Assembly (NCBI GenBank): GCA_002633005.1
Contig: NMRA01000102.1
Coordinates: forward strand, 602,345 to 666,344
Source of the DNA: Phoronis australis
Taxonomy: Eukaryota > Animalia > Phoronida
Direction: 5' to 3'
DNA length: 64,000 bases
Positions 25,052 to 37,936 of this stretch are shown one piece after another; positions within the stretch are counted from its first letter, which is position 1; the number at the start of each line of letters is the position of its first letter. Both the position numbers and the translations under genes were made by a program. Below the pieces are notes generated by a model. The model did not search any database, had not been told where the DNA came from, and saw nothing but the letters and a program-made list of their open reading frames with translations.

Positions 25052-25515
25052 TTATGAACTTTTACTTTAGAAGCTATTTTTCAAGATCAAATTCTTCATT
25101 GTAGCATTCAGAGATATTGTAGCTTTTCTCAGCACAAGCCTGCATAAGAACACCTTTTTGCAGATTTTGTTTGCAAAAACAATTTTGTAATATTTGCAAC
25201 CAAATTTCTGTGAATCGATAAATTTTCTATCGTCACTAGCTTTCTGATCCCGTCATCTGGATGTTGTATAAGGATAAAAATACTGTGGCAGATGATATAG
25301 AGGAACAATTTAAAATATAGCTGGGTCATAATTACTGGTTTCTGGCAGTTTTTCATGGAAAAACATAAGATTTGACTAATTAAGCAACCACTTGCTGTAA
25401 AATCGGTGTATTCCATAGCCCTGGATTTTTTGGACTTGATGTCTGTCTATTGAAGTGGGTTAAAAACACTTAATGTGACCTGTTATTGAGAGGCACATTT
25501 CCATTTAGCATGTTA

Positions 25516-26777
25516 ACATTCGCCATGCCTTAGACGAAGGGACACTGACACCAATCTTGTCACAGTCTTGTGACTTTCCTCAAGTACATAATGAGTCCTC
25601 CTCGGCGACTGCTGATCTATCAAGGTATGATAATCAGTGAGAGATACTATATTTTCTTTATGTATGAGTAACACAACATCTATATTTGGATGTTAATTTT
25701 TTAAAATTAATTAATAGTAATGATGATGGCAATAGATCTTTGAATCATTAAGACACTAAGACGCAAAGCTTTATTTTTAAGAACTCGACTGATTAACATT
25801 GATGCCATACGCGTTAAATCAGTCGAGTGAACTATGGCCATGTGATAATAGTTTCCGTATTTACCTCCTGCACTTCTTCAACAGTAACCTCTGACATGGA
25901 AACTTCAAAACATTGCTCAATGTTGACTCAATGTCGTTGACGTGTTCGATCATCGAATTTTCCGAAAATAGTTTAAAGTAATGCAATTGCAGCAGTGTAA
26001 ATAACATTCAACATGCAATCTTGTCTCAATCGTAACATATGGAACAGCACTGTTATTTATATGACAGTTCTGTCTCAGTTTTCAATTGCTTAATATTATA
26101 TTGTACACAACTCAGCCGCCTATTCCTTGGTAACTACAATATGAAATATTATTTAAGTAATTTCAGGAGAGGTTACGAGTTCAGTGCTCAGTTACCACTG
26201 TTTCCATCTTTGTTATCTTTTTTCAAGTAATAAATTGTTACATTCTTTTACTAGAGAAAACTTGTAACCTAATGCCCAAGTACTTACATGTAGGACGACA
26301 TCTGCCACGTGAACCTCTCTGAGTGAAGTATCAAAAAAATCTCAAAAAAATAAAGAAACTAATAATTTGAAGCATGTGGTCTCTGTTGATACGTATAATG
26401 ATGTCTCGTGGGATATTACTTCATCTACGCCACTCTTGGTGCGTTTTGTGTATGTATTTAAGAATGTGTTCCACAACAGATATCTGCCCTTTACTGAAGT
26501 GAAATTTGATGTTTGTTTTTTTCACATGTAGCTTTCGAAGCAAGTAATTCAGAAGATGACATCTCCTTAGCAAAGTTCAAAGCCACATTAACAGAAACAG
26601 TGTCGCAAGCCCATGTGTTGGAAGATGTCTCACTTATATACATTCGCCATGCCTTAGACGAAGGGACACTGACACCAACTTTGTCACAGCCTTGTGGCTT
26701 TCCTCAAGTACATAATGAGTCCCCTTCGGCGACTGCTGATCTTCACTATCAAGGTATGATTATCAGTGAGAGATACT
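25516..26777 (+). repeat. Duplicated ~135-bp exon-like segment (25516-25648 and 26640-26777) inside the P-like element
   Basis: acattcgccatgccttagacgaagggacactgacacc...tatcaag|gtatga occurs twice, each ending in a GT donor-like site. Confidence 0.85.
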
Positions 26778-27174
26778 GCGTTTTAATTATGTTTGAGAAA
26801 TTTATCTTCATCCACAATGTCTTTCTAAAACTGCTTTGAGGTGCTGCTGTAGTAACGTCATTTCTAAAATCTGTTTGTCTATTTACACCAAAATTGGGGA
26901 AAAAGGTGTGCATCATTAACCACCATGGGTGTACCATACAATCATGCTCAGTCTTCTAAGAACTATGTAACACCCGGAGATGGCAAGCAAAATTGCCGAC
27001 TGAAACCTCGTGCCAATGTAAATAGGCTAGATGTTGGCATAAATAGTCCAATAGATTTTTGAAGTGGGGATGGACTTACTCAGTATTTGAAGTTACTCGG
27101 TGTAGAATCTGCTAATGTTGTGTACATTTTTGTTACTAGTATGCTTTTACCTTATTTTCATATGGAAATGTCAA

Positions 27175-29428
27175 GACACTGGCTGACATCAAGAATAACC
27201 CAAAAGAAGAATTAGCAGACTCTTGGGTGTTGAACCTTACAGCAGAACATCTAATGATCCTCAAGCTGTGTGTTGTCAACGATGTGCCTCATTGTAAATG
27301 TGCCATTACTGTTTCTCGGGACTTAAGCTTCAAAATTAAAGTTCATGGTCGAGAGCTGCCACTCAGTCATCAGATCTACAGTGACAGTAGTCTGAAAATT
27401 GAAAATTCTGTACTTAATGTAGTCAATGCCTTCAACACGATGTGCATATGCACTGGTAATCCTGATGAGCAGTACCGAGGTTTCTCAAGATATGACAACG
27501 GATTTTAGGAGGACCAATGGGAGAAGGATACCAAATCTCTGTGAGGTCTCAGCAATGTGAGCTGCTGATTACGAAGGAAAATGCGCGGTGTAATGAATGC
27601 TGTATATATCGGAAAACCCTAAGAGCAATAGAATCAAGAAAACGTCATAATTGCGATGATCCCACAATCCCTTCATTCAATACCCCCTTGAATCATTTAG
27701 ACAACCACCAGTTGAGAATGCGAGTAAAGGCCCATACCCAACATGCAACTGACAGTCAAGAAATTAGAGACCAGAATTCAAGACCATATAGGCACCAACG
27801 GTGTTGAATTAGACTCTGAAGTTGACAAACTTGTGAGAGATACGAAATCCCATGAATCAAAAAGAAATCCATTTGAAAGTGATTCATTTATGACCCTACT
27901 GTGGGAACAAAAGAGGAAGGCATTCGAGGCCAAGGGTACCAGAAGTATGCGCTGGTGTCCTATGATAGTGAGATGGGCCCTCAGCATCAAGCTGAAGTCG
28001 TCTGCCGCATATGATGCATTGCGGTCTGCTGGCTCTATTAAACTACCATCCCAACGCACGTTACAGGATTACACCAGTGTCTTTACAGTAAGGACTGGGT
28101 TTCAGGTGGAAGCATTCCAGAAAATGCAAAGAGAAATGGAAGTTGCCAGATTGGATGATTCTCAAAAGTTCTGCACTTTATTACAAGATGAGATCAAGAT
28201 AAAGTCAAATCTTGTTTTTGATAATAGTGGGGAGCTCATAGGGTTTGTTGACCTTGGCAACATAGCGAATGAGTTATGCGATTTTGAGGCAAACCTGAAG
28301 AGCAACAACGAACCAAGAATAGACTTGGCTAAGTATATTCTCACTTTAATGGTACGTTCACTAACGTAAAATTTCAAGTTTGCCATCGCTCATTTTCCAT
28401 GTAATGGTATAACAGCAGATTATTTGTACCCAATCTTGTGGGAAGCTGTAGATTGTTTAGACATTTGTGGTTTGAAAATTCTTTGCATTACCTGTTATGG
28501 AGCATCACCAAACCGGAAGTTTTTTAGGTTGCATGATATTAACTTAGATGTAGTTGTGTACAAGACTACCAACATTTAGGCTGACGACAAAAGGCCTTTG
28601 TTTTTTTATTTCAGATGCGCCACATCTCTTGAAAACAATACGAAAGTGTCTGTCGAACTTTTTTTGTGACAAGCGAAGTAGAAACATGTGGCGTAATGGT
28701 TGTGACATCTCTCGGTTTCACGTTATTCAATTGCACGAGCAACAGTTTCGTCAGGATGTGAGACTTGCACAAAAAACTCTCTCGTGCCCATGTGTTTCTC
28801 ACATCTTTTGCAACAATGAAAGTCCGTTTAGCTGCTCAGGTGCTCAGTTCAACTGTGGCAAATGTAATCGAACACACTGGTGGGCCCCAGGTCACTGAAA
28901 CTGTAACGTTGTTGAGAAATGTTGATAAATTGTTTGACTGCTTGAATGGTCGTACCTTGTATGAACATGTACTCAAGAGAAAGTCTGCGTTGGCACCTTA
29001 TGAGGATGTCAATGATGAGCGGTTCACACGGCTGTTAGGATGTGTGCAAGATTTGCACAACTGGAAGCAGGAGATACAAGATAGGCCTGGCAATTTCAGA
29101 GCCGCTGCACGAAGTAAGATGCTTCTTAGTTATTAAACTATGCAAGGAATTGAAAGCAATGTTCAGTCATTTGTTGAAGCGTGTACATTTCTGTTGAATA
29201 ATGGTGCCAGTTTTGTATTGAGTGATCATTTTAATCAAGATCCAATAGAGCAGTGGTTTGCAATGCACATCCATGCTGGTGGTCCAAATGAAAACCCAGA
29301 TGTTAATCAACACTGCGTCACAGAAGTCATGTGCTATGAAGAAATTCAATGCCAATACAAGAGGTGCCCCCGATGATAGGGTTATTGACAACACTCTCCT
29401 ACCCAAGAGACAGAGAACCAGTCTTTAA
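27175..29428 (+). pseudogene. P-element/THAP9-like transposase, disrupted by stops and frameshifts
   Basis: SAAYDALRS..IKLPSQRTL, LLQDEIKIK..GELIGFVDLG, TCYGASPNR (catalytic D mutated), SDAPHLLKTIR, MKVRLAAQVLS, DKLFDCLN, FNQDPIEQWF..GGPNENP; ends LPKRQRTSL* at 29428. Start approximate. Confidence 0.92.
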
Positions 29429-30202
29429 TATCTGATGAATGGTCAAGAGTGTAATGGTTAGACTTTGCTCAATATATTGACAACTTCGTAACCAATTGGA
29501 CATAATATGTGTCGATGTACACAAAACAGTATTGGTATTGTGATATTGCGTTAGTAACTGTTAGATGTAACAATGCAATCAACTTCACAAGCACGCTAAT
29601 TCAATAAAACTGTACATATGAATTTAAACCAGTTGCTTTCTCTAATTACAGATGAGGTCGTTGAACCAGTTGCTGTCTATTTACAAATTAGACTCAAAAT
29701 ACTGAACTATTGCGATATTTTTGCTAAAGATGCACATTGCATTATTTTCACTACTTCATAACTCATCAGTCGAAAGGTGTCACAAAACTACAAAACATCA
29801 TTCAATAAATTTGGTTGGCGTTAAGTTCGATACACCGTAATTTGTGGAATGTTTCGCATTGAAATATGTTCTGCAAAATTTGTAACAAAAGTGAAATGGA
29901 AAGAGTAGCTACTAATGACAAGGTCTCTTTACCATGAACATCCAAAAGGCACGAGCACCTTTCTGTGCGATGAAATATGCTTATTCAACAAACACTTGCT
30001 TAGTCAAGGCAGTAGTATTAGTTATCGGATGCACAGAATTTCTTCCTAAACAATTACCTTTGACTGAATGACCAATTCTGCAAATTGAATTATCAATGCA
30101 CAGTAATAATTCTAGGCGTTCAGTAACTCCTGAGTGTTGCATAAGCACATTTCAATGCATAAAAATGTACTCGTTTACAACCCCTTAGGCACAATATATA
30201 TA

Positions 30203-32301
30203 TCAGATATGTTTTTTTAGTGTCTTCCTCAAGCCCTTCTCATACTTAGGATTCTTTGACTCAGTTTTCTGGTAGCTTTCAAAAAGTTTTTTTGTAAAGA
30301 AAACCTCCTGATGGTGACGAACAATTTCACAAACATGGACATAACATCTAACTTAACCCCTTGAGTAAACCCAACAATGGCGTTCTCCCACTACTACAGT
30401 AAAATTTCATTTTGTAGCGCGCTATTCAACACCCCATCTCTCACATAACCCCCATGGTAACAGTCCACAGACTCCGTACTGAACAAAGATTTCACCACAA
30501 GTTCAAGTTCAACAATGAACTCTACTAGAGCCTTAGATGGGCGCACTAACCCCCAAAGGTCACTGATTGATACCCAGTCCTTTGTGCCAACAACCTGATC
30601 TTTGTTACACAGAGTTTGTAGTAGTTGAACCATTTTATGTCCCTTTTTACGATTACCAACTTTTGTCAGTAAACGAGCAGACATTGCACCAGAAATGTAC
30701 TCCAATGCTTCTTTCTCTATAAAGCTCACTTCACCATCCACACTAAAGCTGTGCTTTTTAGAGTTTTCCTTGAGATTTTCTTTCAAAATGATGTTGAAAA
30801 GTCTCCCCACGTAGGATCCTAAAGCTCGACGCTTGGTTTCCTGACAACCGGTCTTTAAGAGGCCACTTCCCCTTTTCAATGAACTCCTCATCAGTCAAGT
30901 TCAGATGATACGCCTGCCACATTGCTTCAGGTTGTCGACTGGGCAGAACAAAATGGCCCCCAGCAGTAAGACATTCCTAGACAAAGTCTGTCATGAACTG
31001 CAGACGACCACCGTGCCTAAAACCAGCCACAACTTCTATGATCTTTCTACCGGCAGCTGATAACTTCATAAATTCATCATTTTTAACTTCTGATGCAGCC
31101 AGATCAATGTAGATCATTCTCTCCTCGAGAATGTCTCGTGTGAATGCCGATAATACATTTTTACCTAAAAATAGGATACGAATTAAAGTACTCCCAACAA
31201 TAACTTTAATGTTTCACTTGACCTTGCATGAGTACGAAATCAATATCTAACTCATAGACTGAATTGCCCCTGCGTTTTACCCTCGGCCTAACACATAGAT
31301 TGCACAGGCCTAAGGTTTTTAGGACCGGTCTCCTTCATTCACATAGATATAAATAGATATAAACTAAATTTGCATCATGGATAATTAAATTGTGGTAGGT
31401 ATTTCACATTTATCTGAATGTTAAAAGCCAGTATTGCATAATTTTTAACAAGTTTAACTTCATGTTGTAACAACTTTACAGCAAAAACCTCGGTGTATGA
31501 ATTTGAACATTTATAACATACAAAGTTTTTTCATCATACTGCATTTCCTGTGCTACAATCTCCCGAGGGTGTGAGGTGAACTAGCAACCATTCTAGATAT
31601 AAATCATACCTTTTAAGCTCCTTTTTTGCTTCATGCTACTTGACTTGCTTTTGGTCTTCATCAGTTCAGGAACTAAAAGAAAATCAACAGTTAAAAACAG
31701 TGACACGCTTCTAGCATCCGTGTTTTAATGAGAGAGGTGAGGTTAGTATTTACATTCTCTCCCAAATTAAAACGTTCAGATTTGTTTTCTTCTACCATGG
31801 AACCAGCGCACTTTTCGTTATATCTTATGTCTCTAGTTAGTCACGCTACATGATGATACGAATTTCACGAGGAGGTGACGAACACAACTAATTGGGCTGT
31901 GTGAAATTTCGTGGTCTAAACAAACTCAACACACAGTCGCACTCAGCTGAACCTTGACGATAGCCTAGTTAATAGCTGGTTAGCTAGTCTCTATAACATG
32001 TACATGTACGATGTTTTACACCATCGAGTCGACATCCTAAACATTAATTACTTAATTTGCCAGAGAAAGACAATGACGGGTCGTGATTTTTCACTTCCCT
32101 TGTGATTCCGGAAGCCGTTTTCAACTCTTTTTGGCACATAGGGCACTCGTACACAGCATCGACATCGCCTACCATGTCGACCTTCATGACAGTATCGTCG
32201 CTGCAATTGCTGACATGGTCGTCTTCGAAACTAACATCAAGTATATTATTCCAATCAATGCTACTATCATCAAACGAAATAAAACTATCTTTAGAATACA
32301 T
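30203..32301 (-). pseudogene. Three-exon accessory gene of the P-like element: acidic N-terminus, C2H2 finger and P-transposase C-terminal-like domain (decayed)
   Basis: Exons 32301-32061 (YECPMCQKELKTASG..NH; GC donor), 31672-31610 (AG/GT, 63 nt) and 31164-30203 (AG acceptor), all phase 1. Last exon has EALEYISGA..WVSISDLWGLVRPS..FVTIR and, after a frameshift, ESYQK..KGLRKTLKKHI*. Confidence 0.75.
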
Positions 32302-32690
32302 AATAAATGAACCGACTTCAGAAACAATGCTACAAACAATATGGCGACTGCATTCTCGTCACTCGAGAGAATTCACGTGAATCAATGTTCGGTAATCATC
32401 GCAGTCCAGAAATACCCGACAGTCGGGTTGAATGCGGCTTAACTCCGTGGCGACGATGTCTTGTACAACGACCGATTGACTGAAAAGATTGCAAGCCCGC
32501 AACGGAACTCGTATCAATAGGGTTTGCCGCGTTGGTATTCCTTCTCTTACTCGTTCCTACATGTAGGTCCGGGTGACCTTCATAAGAGACTAGTGTACAC
32601 CAGTAGTGCTGGCCTACTTAGCTTAGCACAGAGGAAATGTAGTCTGAATACAGGGTTATCAGGATAAAGGTTAAACAATCTTTTAAGTGT

Positions 32691-32835
32691 CATGGGCGGC
32701 GCAGCATGGAAAAATTGGGCCTATAGTCCCCCAGCTCCCCTGGTATTGTTCACCGCCCATAGACAGTGAGCGGTGCAGCACTGAAAAAAGTGGTGGGGCT
32801 GTAGTTCCAGCGCCCTATGGTGCGCCGCCCACATG
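32691..32835. mobile_element. Two tandem ~70-bp micro-MITEs; related copy at 55346-55414
   Basis: catgggcggcgcagca...caccgcccata followed by cagtgagcggtgcagca...gtgcgccgcccacatg; third copy catgggcggagca...tgtgcgccaaccatg. Confidence 0.6.
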
Positions 32836-33297
32836 TGTATGCAGTTATTCCATGCTGTTCAACATCCAGCAGGTCAAGAAGAGCCCCTGAGTTATTACAT
32901 ATGCTGAACCAGATGATGTATAGATAAATTATCAGAGTGATGGAAGAAGGCACTCATGCCATCAGAATTACTACTTACAAACACTGACGTCTTCGTGATC
33001 TTGTTTCATGGGACGTCATAGATGTTAGTTGACGCCAAAACTGAAATGGACAAGTGGAATGGAAATATTTTGGGCCGAGTAGAACAGTTCAGAAATTTGG
33101 CCTCAGCAAGTGCTGCCAACAAAGGCGTTGCTCCGCAATGTTGGAAATTTTACTTTATAGTAATTTCCAGAAGTCATAGTAGTTGAGTTTTTGCATGGAT
33201 GGATAATAATTCCCGCGTACATGTAGTCTACATACATGTATATGTAACCTGTACGGACCAAACGTATGTACATGTACATATCCGTATTCACGAGAAA

Positions 33298-33360
33298 GCA
33301 CCGTGGCCTAGTGGGATAAGTGTCCCAGCTTTACTCAAATTTGTGGGTGCGAGCACAGGC
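33298..33360 (+). mobile_element. tRNA-derived SINE head (degenerate)
   Basis: A-box-like tggcctagtgg followed by a decayed B-box gggtgcgagc; no complete cloverleaf. Confidence 0.4.
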
Positions 33361-36300
33361 ATCTTTAAAAAACCCTTGAATATATACTATAATAGAGAGG
33401 AAGATATTCAACTGCTATCCAATACGACCACCGGCTAGGCACTTCCAGAATAATAGTAGTAATTTAAGTCACAGTTTATCTGCGACTGAAACACGTTCAC
33501 TAGTTACATTTGTTAACATCAAAACCAATAAATACCATAAATACCTCCACATTTTCCTAATTCAATCGGCAACATTCTTGGCAAAGTGATATGACCGAGA
33601 TGTTTCATTTGCGGCAGTTAATGCGCACGCTTATAAGGCTGCTGACAACAACAAGAACACTTATGTCAACTAAAAACCGCTGATACTGCGTAGCCGCCTC
33701 TCTTGTTGGCTGCACTTGCTGAGGCCAAACTATTCTCAAAAATGCTTAACCCCTTGTGACTTTTACCAGAAGAATAATTATCACTATTTAAACCATTGCA
33801 TAACCTTCAAAACAAAACTAGTGGATTTTTTTTCTAAAATTTCCAGCTGAAAAGCAAACTGCTTAATCTAGATGATGCTATCACGTACGTGTACACGCAC
33901 AGTAAGCGTGAGAGTACCAAGCGAGTCTTTTTCACTCTGGCAAGAATCTTCACTGCATTCAGTGAGCCAAACAGAAGTCTGTTTTTCAAATGATGAGGTA
34001 GTCAGTGACATCAATTTCACACTTGGTTTTACTCGATCGGTCCTTGTATAGGCGCATGCATCTAATTCTGAATAAAGGCGTGGCTTCATTATCTTACACG
34101 GCCTTGACATTTTGTTTGGAATTACCGAATGTAACAACAGTATAATTCTTGTAGTTTTAATAAAAAAATGTCACTTCTCAATGTAGAGTGCATAACAAAA
34201 TTCCGTCACTAGAGTTTTGAAAAAATAGGAACATTAGAAAATTACAACGAAAAATGGTACTTAGTACAACTATAACGCTGGAAAAGTTTCATTATATGTT
34301 TATGTAGGTGTGTATTGTTAGTTTGTTACAATAAATGTTTGGCTTCGATAGGCGCAAACGCGGTAAAATTAAAATTTGGAATACCGGCATTTGCATTTCG
34401 TAAGAAGTTTAGAATTTAAAAACCTTAAAAGCATGCCAATGGCAGAAGCAGTCATTCCAAAGTTAAATTAAATACTAGAACAAAAGGTTCAATTCGTTAG
34501 CAATCACGCATTGTAATGTCGGATATATACCAAGCTTCAGCGAGTCACAAATCAAGAAATTTGAGTTGTTAAAATGGTAAATAACTACATGTATGTCAGC
34601 CGAGGAGTCGTCACTTTTTCAGAATACAGGAGTTTCGAACTATCTGCTCTGCGGACTATTACTCGACGGAATTTCGTTAAGGAACCTAGGCCTTCAATCG
34701 GACCAATGACCCTTTGAAGTATCAGAACGACCCACAAAAATATTATGCGCACTTAATGGTGTACTACAATCTCGAAGAAGTTTTATGAGCATTGGAACAC
34801 CCATTAAGATTACAGTGACTTAATCATATTCGCCATCACCACTAACTGCAAAATGTCACTCATACGGTGGCGTTACCGTAGCGAATGATTTTTTTATCTG
34901 TTTTCAACAATAACGTGTATAAAACGACTGTTCAAATTACTGAAACCACCTGAACACTAATAGTTTTTAAAAGCTTCAATGAAAAAACTTGTGCTTGTTC
35001 ATTCAAGCTTACATCCAAAACAACTTCTCAGGCACAAAAAATACTGGAAATTGTGTTTGTCAGAACTGAGATGTTACACCAGGTATTAGCGATACAATTT
35101 GCCAATGCCCTCACTATTTACGCAAATGCAGTTTGCGATCAGCCTTGTAAATCACGTGTGTGAAGACAATGTAGAATATAAATCGGTAAATAAAACAACA
35201 AGAATGGATCAGCTGAAATTTGAAATTTTCGGATGTAATAACTTCCTTTGTCACCAAAACAGAAATATTTCTGTTTTTGTACGTTATTTATTTTGTACGT
35301 TACTGAAGACAATGCTCATGTTCGTAAATTACACGCATGCGCGTACTTAATTTACACGTGAAGTTTAGGGGCATTACCGGTAAACTGGTTTGTACTATAT
35401 TTACAAGTTCGTGAGTCCGACTCTCGGTCCAAATCAACGTGCAAACGTGCAAATGAAAAACATCCTCCTTATCTCCAGTAAACGTTATAGCTTATACAAC
35501 TTTTATTCATAGCCGCCATTTTGATATTTGCAAAGGTTACTGGGTCTTTTTTTTTTCCTTGGAGACTCCTTAAACATCACGCGCACGAGGTGCTGTGTTA
35601 GGGTTTGAAAATCTGAGCAACCAGAAGGACAGGTGTGTTCACTTCCGGTTACAGGTTTTTGTACATACAGTAGCGTGAAAGTATAGCAAGGTGAATACAT
35701 TTCATGAATAAGATACGTAATTACATGACGATTATAATTTTCTTCGGTGGAGACATCAGGTACACCGACACTATCCTAAATCGTTTCTAAAATAGACCCA
35801 AACGATTTTAATGAAATTGTTTAGGTTTATCTGATAATTCATCTTACAATTATTGTCAACAGATCATCTTGTCTATTGATTGGAATATTAATTACCAGTC
35901 TCCTCTTTAATTTCGAAAATGTCCAGAAGAGCACCCATTGCGTGTGTGATTTCTCTAAAGCGCTTACGGAAAGAACGGAAAGAAGGAATGACTTAACTGG
36001 ACGCCATATTCAATATGTTAGAATGATATTCCATTAACGTTGATAACATGTTTTTTCACTCCAGCAGCAAGTCACTGAAAGCTTTCTAAAATCCGTTTTA
36101 TGCAAATTTATTCTTTTGAAAGGCCGCGATTTCGGAAGCAAGTTGACAATTAAAGCGTTACGAAATTTTAGAGGAAATTTCCCTTTGATAATAGCACCAA
36201 CATAATACATGTATTTCAATGGCAAAAACCATATCGACTTGGTGGTGTAGCTCAACTCAGTTGTACTTTCGACTCAACAAACTCATCCTGGGTTATTCCT

Positions 36301-36472
36301 GAAGCGTCTTTGAAAGCTGCCCCTGTTTACCCTTCACTTCCATCACGATTTAACAGAAAAACCAAACGTGAACTGCAAGGACTAAAACATTATACATGTA
36401 TACAATTGGTTATTCGTCTGATGCCCTTCCCAAAAAATGTAAGGTGGCGCTCCGTGTATTTCGGGAATTTAA

Positions 36473-37367
36473 AGGCGTAGGGAACCTTTTTTCATGTCAC
36501 TTTTAACAAAAATAAGATTCGTTGTTTATCCCAGACACATTTTTCACTTAATTACAGCTTTTCGTAATTTGATTAATTTCTCGTCCTCTACTCCGGAAGT
36601 GACGTTTTGGGAGGCAAGAGTTTTGAAGCGAGAAGCCTCGCGAGCTGTGGCCACTATATACAGTGACTGGAGGCACTGCATCTACTGTTACCCGTGCCTC
36701 CGAACGTAACCCATTGCGTGCAACTCCGAGAACTAGCAATGATTCGCCCTGTGCTGTTGTCTCCAGCCCAGAGCATGTACATGTAAGCAGCCCTGCAGCG
36801 ATGTTGAGTAGTGGGAGTGAATACAGCCCAGTTCGACACCGAGTGAAGAGGATAGTTTGTCATCCAATGAACAGATCGGTGAGCCTAAGTTTGAAAAGTT
36901 TATTGTGGACTTGTTTTGGAGCTATTTGGAAGGTGTCAGGTGTGTGGCGCGGGAGTCACACGGCGGGATGTATGCAGTTTGGGTGCTCAGATCACCCTCC
37001 AGTGGGAGTGTGTCGCGGGACACTCGGGCAAGTGGGACAGTTCTTCCTCTGTACGTGAGTGGATAATAAGTACAACCCAGTACGCAGCAACAGCGTGGCA
37101 TGTTGACTGACTCGTAAGCAAAAGCAAACGACGATCGAACTTATCACAACCGAGATAGAACAATGACTGACTCGACTGTTCTCACAGTCAGACTATATGA
37201 AAAGAAATTGTCGCGAAATTCTTGCCTCCCAAAAACGTCATTTCCGGAGTAGACGACAAGTAATTAATTAAATTACGAATAGCAGTAAATAAGTGAAAAA
37301 TATGTCTGGGATAATAAACGAACCTTATTTTTGCTAAAATTGACATGAAAAAAGGTTGCCTTCGCCT
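36473..37367 (+). mobile_element. Kolobok-type element with ~155-bp TIRs and a transposase N-terminal remnant
   Basis: 36473-36630 inverted against ~37211-37367. TTAA at 36469-72 and 37370-73. Internal KFIV..ELFGRCQVCG...GAQITLQWECVAGHSGKWDSS zinc-ribbon motif. Confidence 0.8.
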
Positions 37368-37936
37368 ATTTAATCACATGACTGTACATTCATCTAAATT
37401 GCATTTTCCAAGATGGATTCCATTTTGTAATGATACATTGTTTAAAGAAAACTTTTGTTTTATTTTTGACAAAAAATCACAAAAGGGATTGTTACACAAA
37501 CCATTTTGTTCACATTTAGGTCCAAAAAATGCTCTTCCAACATGATATCGATTTTTTTCAAAATAAACTGAATTAAATATCAGAATGAGTTTACTTTCTG
37601 ATGTCCGTGTGGTTCACTAACAAAATGGCTACCGAAATGAACGACAGCTCGATATCTCTTGCAATTGAACTTTCAAATTGCACAAGTCACGTCCAAAGTG
37701 ATGATATGCGATGGAAGATGGGTCATTTTCCGCTGGAGATATCGTTGAAAAAACGTCAACGAGTAGACTATTAGTTTCAATGAAAGTTGGCTTGGACGCT
37801 GTTGGGTTAGAAGTTGTGCTTAAAGATGCTATGTCCCATTAAAACCGGGAATATTTAAATTCGCTCTTGCTGTTTTATTTATTGCGGTAGCCAAAGGGGG
37901 GCAGGGCCCCTTGGGTCCGCTCTAAATCCCCCTATG

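Larger units (their letters stand above)
18344..32557 (+). mobile_element. Decayed P-element/THAP9-superfamily DNA transposon with two convergent genes (~8 kb without the nested Gypsy)
   Basis: 34-bp inverted repeat with 2 mismatches: 18344-18377 ggaaccagtaagagaaggaatagcaacgcggcaa vs 32524-32557 (rc ggaacgagtaagagaaggaataccaacgcggcaa). Second inner inverted motif cgttgcgg(t/g)cttgca at 18427-18441 and 32490-32504. Encloses the P-type transposase relic. Exact termini and TSD unresolved. Confidence 0.8.
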
